Virus record (IMG/VR): IMGVR_UViG_3300032038_000013
From: an uncultured virus (IMG/VR IMGVR_UViG_3300032038_000013)
Taxonomy: Duplodnaviria > Heunggongvirae > Uroviricota > Caudoviricetes
Reading direction: 5' to 3' (one strand)
Length of the DNA: 20,000 nucleotides
The translations under genes and the position numbers were made by a program. Below are positions 15,641 through 20,000 of the stretch, one piece after another. How positions within the stretch are numbered: the stretch's first letter is position 1; each line of letters opens with the position of its first letter. The notes below the pieces were generated by a model, which was not told where the DNA came from, did not search any database, and saw nothing but the letters and a program-made list of their open reading frames with translations.

Positions 15641-17214
15641 ATGTTTATTCTATATTGAGCAAGAGGATAATATTTATTTGTATATTCATTTGAATCTTTG
15701 AATATAACACCTCTTATATCAACATAATCTTCATATATATCCATTATTGCACCTTCAGAGTCTTCACCAGCAATTTCATACCACTGATGTAATTTTAATG
15801 GGCGAGATGTGCTTGGTAAATGTATATTGAATCCTGTTTTTGATATTGGTTCATTTGATTTTCGAAGATAATGCATACCTTCTACAAAATCGTTATCATC
15901 AGGTCTATATATGTTATATTCATTATCATTTATATTAATATTAGGATCTACAGTTTGCCAATTCCATTTTGTATGAGAATGTCCAGTAAACCAAATTGTA
16001 TTTTTATATTCATTATTTAATTTATTCAAGAACTCAAATTGAATACCACATGGACAATATGCTGATGTTTCACTCATTTTCCCTCTATCATACATACCTC
16101 CATAATGATAATATCCATTATCTATATTATTGGATCCTGCTTTATGAACAAAAAACAAATGTGTAAATATAAATATTCTTTTATTACTAAATTGTTCTAA
16201 TAAGTTCTTAAACCAAATTAATGTTAAATTATCATATAGTTGTAAATTATATTTAGAAGGCATAAATCCAACATAATCAATAAGAGGCTGAATATTTGGG
16301 CTTTCTTCAGTTAATATATTTGATGCTGTTGATTCATTGTTATCATAATTTATTGATAAAAATATATAGATATCTGATTTGTTTGTATTTTTAATTGGAA
16401 CTTCAAACCAATATGAAGACTTACCTAATTCTGTTGTTTTATCTTGATAATGTATTTCATATTCAGAATTATCAGGTGTTAATATATTATTCCATGCTTG
16501 TTCTGGTGTTAAATTTTCTGTATTATATCCAATTTCGTTTTCAGGTATATTTTCATTTTTTACACTTTTAAAATCATGATTACCAAAACATGAATAAAAA
16601 TTTGTTGTTGGTGTATATGTATCTAATGCTTTTTTAAAATTAAGCAAATTAATTATATAAGTAAATGTAATATCACCAGCAGCACAAATAAATTCAACAT
16701 CTTCTTTATCTTGATATAATGATAATGCATTAGGTAAATCTTTTTCATATTCGCATCCATCATCAGTATATGTATATAAATCATTATCAATAGTAAAGTC
16801 ATTATAGTGAATATCTGACATAAGTCCAACTCGATATTTACGTTCTCCAAATTCTTGTAATAAAAAGTCAATATTAAGTTCACCAACTCTAACATTATTA
16901 ATATACATTCCAATATACTTTGCTAAATATGGAGCAATGTTATATTCATTAAATGATATTACCTCATCATAGTTTAATGATTTGAAATTTAAGATTATTT
17001 CTTTATTAATATCTTCATAGAAAAATTTACAGTTTTCAAATAATTGCTTATTTGTTTTTATATCATTTATTGAATATACTTCATTAACAATACCAAAATG
17101 TAAAGTATTACTTGTATTTATTAATGAAACATTTGGCTTAACAATATCATTTGAAAATATAAAATTTGTGTATTCATTATCATTTTCAAATTTTGTAAGA
17201 TGTTTTCTTATCAT
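15628..17214 (-). CDS. Metallophosphoesterase with ~125-aa N-terminal extension
   Basis: SDIH, AGDIT, GNHD, FTH and GHSH motifs; N-terminus KHLTKFENDNEY...KPNVSLI...LHF. Confidence 0.85.
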   Translation of the reverse strand: MIRKHLTKFENDNEYTNFIFSNDIVKPNVSLINTSNTLHFGIVNEVYSINDIKTNKQLFENCKFFYEDINKEIILNFKSLNYDEVISFNEYNIAPYLAKYIGMYINNVRVGELNIDFLLQEFGERKYRVGLMSDIHYNDFTIDNDLYTYTDDGCEYEKDLPNALSLYQDKEDVEFICAAGDITFTYIINLLNFKKALDTYTPTTNFYSCFGNHDFKSVKNENIPENEIGYNTENLTPEQAWNNILTPDNSEYEIHYQDKTTELGKSSYWFEVPIKNTNKSDIYIFLSINYDNNESTASNILTEESPNIQPLIDYVGFMPSKYNLQLYDNLTLIWFKNLLEQFSNKRIFIFTHLFFVHKAGSNNIDNGYYHYGGMYDRGKMSETSAYCPCGIQFEFLNKLNNEYKNTIWFTGHSHTKWNWQTVDPNININDNEYNIYRPDDNDFVEGMHYLRKSNEPISKTGFNIHLPSTSRPLKLHQWYEIAGEDSEGAIMDIYEDYVDIRGVIFKDSNEYTNKYYPLAQYRINIKAA

Positions 17215-17232
17215 TGTATTAAATATGTTTAT

Positions 17233-17242
17233 TAAAAATAAT
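17233..17242 (-). promoter_or_regulatory. Putative - strand promoter motif ATTATTTTTA
   Basis: Third copy, 18 nt upstream of the ATG at 17214. Confidence 0.6.
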
Positions 17243-17317
17243 AATCATCATTAATATATATTTAAATTTATTAACACATAAAATAGCACAAAATAACATC
17301 CAGATGATATCTAGACA

Positions 17318-17388
17318 TTCCTCTAACATCATTAAATATTGAAAACTATTAACAATATATTAAGAGAAACACTATGATGCTAGAGGAA
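17318..17388. repeat. 15-bp imperfect inverted repeat with 41-nt spacer
   Basis: TTCCTCTAACATCAT ... ATGATGCTAGAGGAA (14/15 paired); inner ATATTG/CAATAT stem. Confidence 0.75.
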
Positions 17389-17470
17389 ATATTTTTAGAA
17401 ATTATTTATATAATATATTACATTTTGTATGTAAGAATTACATATAATATTTGAATTTTTTTATTTATGT

Positions 17471-17485
17471 TCTATATTATATTTG
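17471..17485 (+). promoter_or_regulatory. WCTATATT motif overlapping a Bacteroidota -7-like element (TATATTTG)
   Basis: TCTATATT at 17471-17478 and TAnnTTTG at 17478-17485, ahead of the small-gene cluster. Confidence 0.5.
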
Positions 17486-17503
17486 TAATCAAAATAAAAT
17501 AAA

Positions 17504-17734
17504 ATGAATAAGATTTGGATTTCTTTCAATTTTTACCTTTTGGTTGTGATTAACATTATTGCTGTTCAGAATCCTATTTCTCGATGGATGATGGCTGCAA
17601 TCATTCTTGATGTTGTTTTCTTTCCTATTATTAAGAAGCTTCCTGAGAATCAGCTTTATGAGATTACTGGGGTAACGTGGTTGCAGAAGAAGTTCAAGAA
17701 CAACAAAGTTATTATGGAAATGACAAAAGAGTAA
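17504..17734 (+). CDS. Small membrane protein (2 TM)
   Basis: Two hydrophobic segments in the first 45 aa. Confidence 0.7.
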   Translation: MNKIWISFNFYLLVVINIIAVQNPISRWMMAAIILDVVFFPIIKKLPENQLYEITGVTWLQKKFKNNKVIMEMTKE

Positions 17735-17757
17735 TTAACTAAATATCAATAATTATT

Positions 17758-17961
17758 ATGAAATACAATCCCAATAAGATTTATATTGTTTGTGATGGTT
17801 CTTCCTATTACGGAGTCTATGGTTGTGATATTGAAGATGAAATCAAGGAGAACGATGTTGAGCTACATTCTCGTAAGGGATATGATGATTGGTCTGATGA
17901 ACTCGAGGATGAGATTACAAAGCTCAATGATGCTTTGATGGGAACACACATGTACCGATAA
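17758..17961 (+). CDS. Small acidic hypothetical protein
   Basis: 67-aa ORF with an AATTATTATG start context. Confidence 0.7.
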   Translation: MKYNPNKIYIVCDGSSYYGVYGCDIEDEIKENDVELHSRKGYDDWSDELEDEITKLNDALMGTHMYR

Positions 17962-17972
17962 ATATATAAGAT

Positions 17973-18389
17973 ATGAATAATATTAAAGTTGGAGATTTTG
18001 TAATTGTTCGTTCAAACAACAGTGTTAATCGCGAGGTAGGAAAGAGTAAGGAAGCTTATCTTACAATTGGTTATCGAGATAAAATTGAAGATGGTGCAGA
18101 TTTTGTTTGTATTATTGCACCACGTCCAATGAAACGATTCTTTAAAGAGAAATTCAATTGTAAGACTTGTCGTTTTGAAAAGAATGTAACAATTCATTTC
18201 AATGGTATTCGCATTATGTCAACAAAAACAAAGAAGATTTATGATGTTGATGCTGATTGGTGTTCAGGATATGTTCCTAATTCAAAAGAATATAAATATG
18301 CCGTAGGATTTGCTTATCTTGATAAAATAATGGAAGACAGGTTTCTTGAAGATTACGACAATGCAATGCCTGAAGCTTGGGATTATTAA
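17973..18389 (+). CDS. Hypothetical protein (N-terminal IKVGDFV, SH3/KOW-like start)
   Basis: 138-aa ORF. Confidence 0.7.
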   Translation: MNNIKVGDFVIVRSNNSVNREVGKSKEAYLTIGYRDKIEDGADFVCIIAPRPMKRFFKEKFNCKTCRFEKNVTIHFNGIRIMSTKTKKIYDVDADWCSGYVPNSKEYKYAVGFAYLDKIMEDRFLEDYDNAMPEAWDY

Positions 18390-18421
18390 TATAAAGTAGA
18401 ATTATAATAAAGTTAAAATAT

Positions 18422-18826
18422 ATGAAGTTTTTTAAGTACTTTACTTATAATGAGTTGAAAGATATTTATCTTAAACTTGAAAAGGATCATTGTTATTTTA
18501 GACACCCAAAGAATGATTTTGTAAAAACTCTTGGACAAGAAACTGTTGATAAACTTTTAGAGACAGGTTGTCTTAAAGATAGTCCTCGTAAAACATATCC
18601 AGGAACAGATATTCCTTGGAAAGGAGATTTTTATGAATCTTGTTATGAATTTGGAACAATGTTTCGTAAGCTTTATAATTTTGTAACTGTACCATTTGGT
18701 CTTTGGTTAAGATGCTATGTATTCAAATTTTGGTGGTTCAGATGTAAATGGCAGTCATTTAGAATTTGGTGTGGTCATCATTATGATTGGCAGGATTATG
18801 AATGTGTTGATTTAGATATGATTTAA
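18422..18826 (+). CDS. Hypothetical protein, aromatic-rich
   Basis: 134-aa ORF. Confidence 0.7.
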   Translation: MKFFKYFTYNELKDIYLKLEKDHCYFRHPKNDFVKTLGQETVDKLLETGCLKDSPRKTYPGTDIPWKGDFYESCYEFGTMFRKLYNFVTVPFGLWLRCYVFKFWWFRCKWQSFRIWCGHHYDWQDYECVDLDMI

Positions 18827-18828
18827 TT

Positions 18829-18960
18829 ATGAGTTACTTTGAAGAAGAGAAAATGAAAGCTATTGCAGATCCACATGGTTTAAGTGGTGAAGTTTATCCT
18901 GATGGCACACCAATGACAAATTGGGAACGTTGGAAAGAATTGAATAATCCATATAAGTAA
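18829..18960 (+). CDS. Small hypothetical protein (43 aa)
   Basis: Own translation MSYFEEEKMKAIADPHGLSGEVYPDGTPMTNWERWKELNNPYK*; starts 2 nt after the previous stop. Not in the track. Confidence 0.7.
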   Translation: MSYFEEEKMKAIADPHGLSGEVYPDGTPMTNWERWKELNNPYK

Positions 18961-18967
18961 TATAATC

Positions 18968-19060
18968 ATGACAGAAAAAGACAAATCATCATTAGGATTA
19001 TTAATTCCAATAATTGTATTTATTATTTGTTCATTTTTAAAATTATTCAAAATTATATAA
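18968..19060 (+). CDS. 30-aa single-pass membrane peptide
   Basis: Own translation MTEKDKSSLGLLIPIIVFIICSFLKLFKII*; fills the gap. Not in the track. Confidence 0.55.
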   Translation: MTEKDKSSLGLLIPIIVFIICSFLKLFKII

Positions 19061-19073
19061 AGAGTTAATAATT

Positions 19074-19436
19074 ATGACACAAAATATTGATAGCTATTTT
19101 GAGAATGGTAAGGGATTTAATGCAAATCCATTTCGTAATGGTTATTTGACAGATGAGGAACGTAAAGAACCATTTAGATGGTTTGGTGATAATTTTGTAT
19201 TCTTTGCTAAGAATGCTGATTTGTATTCTGGACTTGAAATTTATAGAAATGTAAATTATTCATATCCTGAAATTCATACTAAGACTTGGGAATCTGCATT
19301 ACTTCGTGACTGTATGATGTTTGGAATGTGGTGGAAAGAAAATGTTCATAGTCATTTGAATGGATTTTGTGGATTCGATTGTATTAAAGTTGAATTGGAT
19401 CCAACATTGAATATGAAAATTGATATTAAGTTATAA
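19074..19436 (+). CDS. Hypothetical protein
   Basis: 120-aa ORF. Confidence 0.7.
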   Translation: MTQNIDSYFENGKGFNANPFRNGYLTDEERKEPFRWFGDNFVFFAKNADLYSGLEIYRNVNYSYPEIHTKTWESALLRDCMMFGMWWKENVHSHLNGFCGFDCIKVELDPTLNMKIDIKL

Positions 19437-19495
19437 TATATTAAAATGCAAAGTTTAAACACTGTGTAATAATTTGCAGAATCACATATAACATT

Positions 19496-19861
19496 ATGAA
19501 AACAAAATATATAAAATACAAAAAACCAAGAGGTGAACAAATGCTTCGTCGCATGTGGGGTGATTATGATGAAAATGGAAGATATATTCCTTGGCGTTTT
19601 ATTGTGTGGTCTTGTAAGTATGGATTTGCTCAATCTAAATTTACAAAGAAAGATGGTAAAGGTATAATTTCATTTATTGATAATGATATATTTGAGCAAT
19701 ATATCAAGCCTTGGATATGCATGACAAAATCACAAAGAAGACAAATGCGAGAAGTTGGACTAGATTATAGTGTAATTGTTAAAAAGGCTTTATATGGAGC
19801 AAAAATGAAATATCAGATTTATTTGAATGATAAATATAATTATTGGAAAGAATATAAATAA
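19496..19861 (+). CDS. Basic hypothetical protein
   Basis: 121-aa ORF with a TAATG overlap to the next gene. Confidence 0.7.
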   Translation: MKTKYIKYKKPRGEQMLRRMWGDYDENGRYIPWRFIVWSCKYGFAQSKFTKKDGKGIISFIDNDIFEQYIKPWICMTKSQRRQMREVGLDYSVIVKKALYGAKMKYQIYLNDKYNYWKEYK

Positions 19862-20000
19862 TGAAACGGGAAGATTATAAGAATTTTGTTTGGTACCCAG
19901 TAACAGACGAAACTTATTGGGTAGAAGATTATCCTAAGGAATTTCCAAATTGTCAGACAATAGTCTGTCAGAAAAATGAATATGGAACTTCAAATATATT
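19861..20000 (+). CDS. 5' part of a hypothetical protein (runs off the window)
   Basis: MKREDYKNFVWYPVTDETYWVEDYPKEF..., open to the window end. Confidence 0.65.
   Translation, partial: MKREDYKNFVWYPVTDETYWVEDYPKEFPNCQTIVCQKNEYGTSNI

Noticed and set aside
2547..19633. Other nested or antisense track ORFs (2547, 3261, 6512, 10080, 13042, 15243, 16653, 18012, 19352)
   Set aside because: All overlap better-supported genes and lack recognisable features.
1..20000. TAG-to-Gln recoding as in Lak megaphages and some crAss-like phages
   Set aside because: Genes tile the window in code 11 with no TAG-fragmented ORFs, including the putative late genes. Of the two TAG stops I saw (11313, 12759), the dam one falls at a natural-looking end (LYINY*). 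Not supported here, though not excluded for the whole genome.

Overview
Very AT-rich (roughly 25-30% GC by eye), gene-dense segment of what is most likely a large lytic (jumbo/mega) phage of an anaerobic gut bacterium, probably Bacteroidota (Shine-Dalgarno-less A/T-rich start contexts, SSB tail DDLPF, class III RNR). The + strand carries replication, nucleotide-metabolism and counter-defence genes: T4 gp32-like SSB, SEC-C protein, DHH phosphoesterase, nrdD, nrdG, Dam-family methylase, gp30.3-like NADAR, a metallophosphoesterase and many small hypotheticals. Three - strand units are interspersed: a DUF1796-like pair, a collagen-repeat fibre-like protein and a phosphoesterase with an extra N-terminal module. 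The non-coding DNA is highly organised. WCTATATT precedes most + strand units, and ATTATTTTTA precedes all three - strand units. Palindromic terminators sit at every convergent junction, and one terminator stem is reused 10 kb apart. A ~130-nt three-hairpin, G-U-rich candidate ncRNA or leader with its own terminator lies just upstream of nrdD. No tRNA, CRISPR array or mobile element was seen. All calls are from motif recognition by eye, without database searches.
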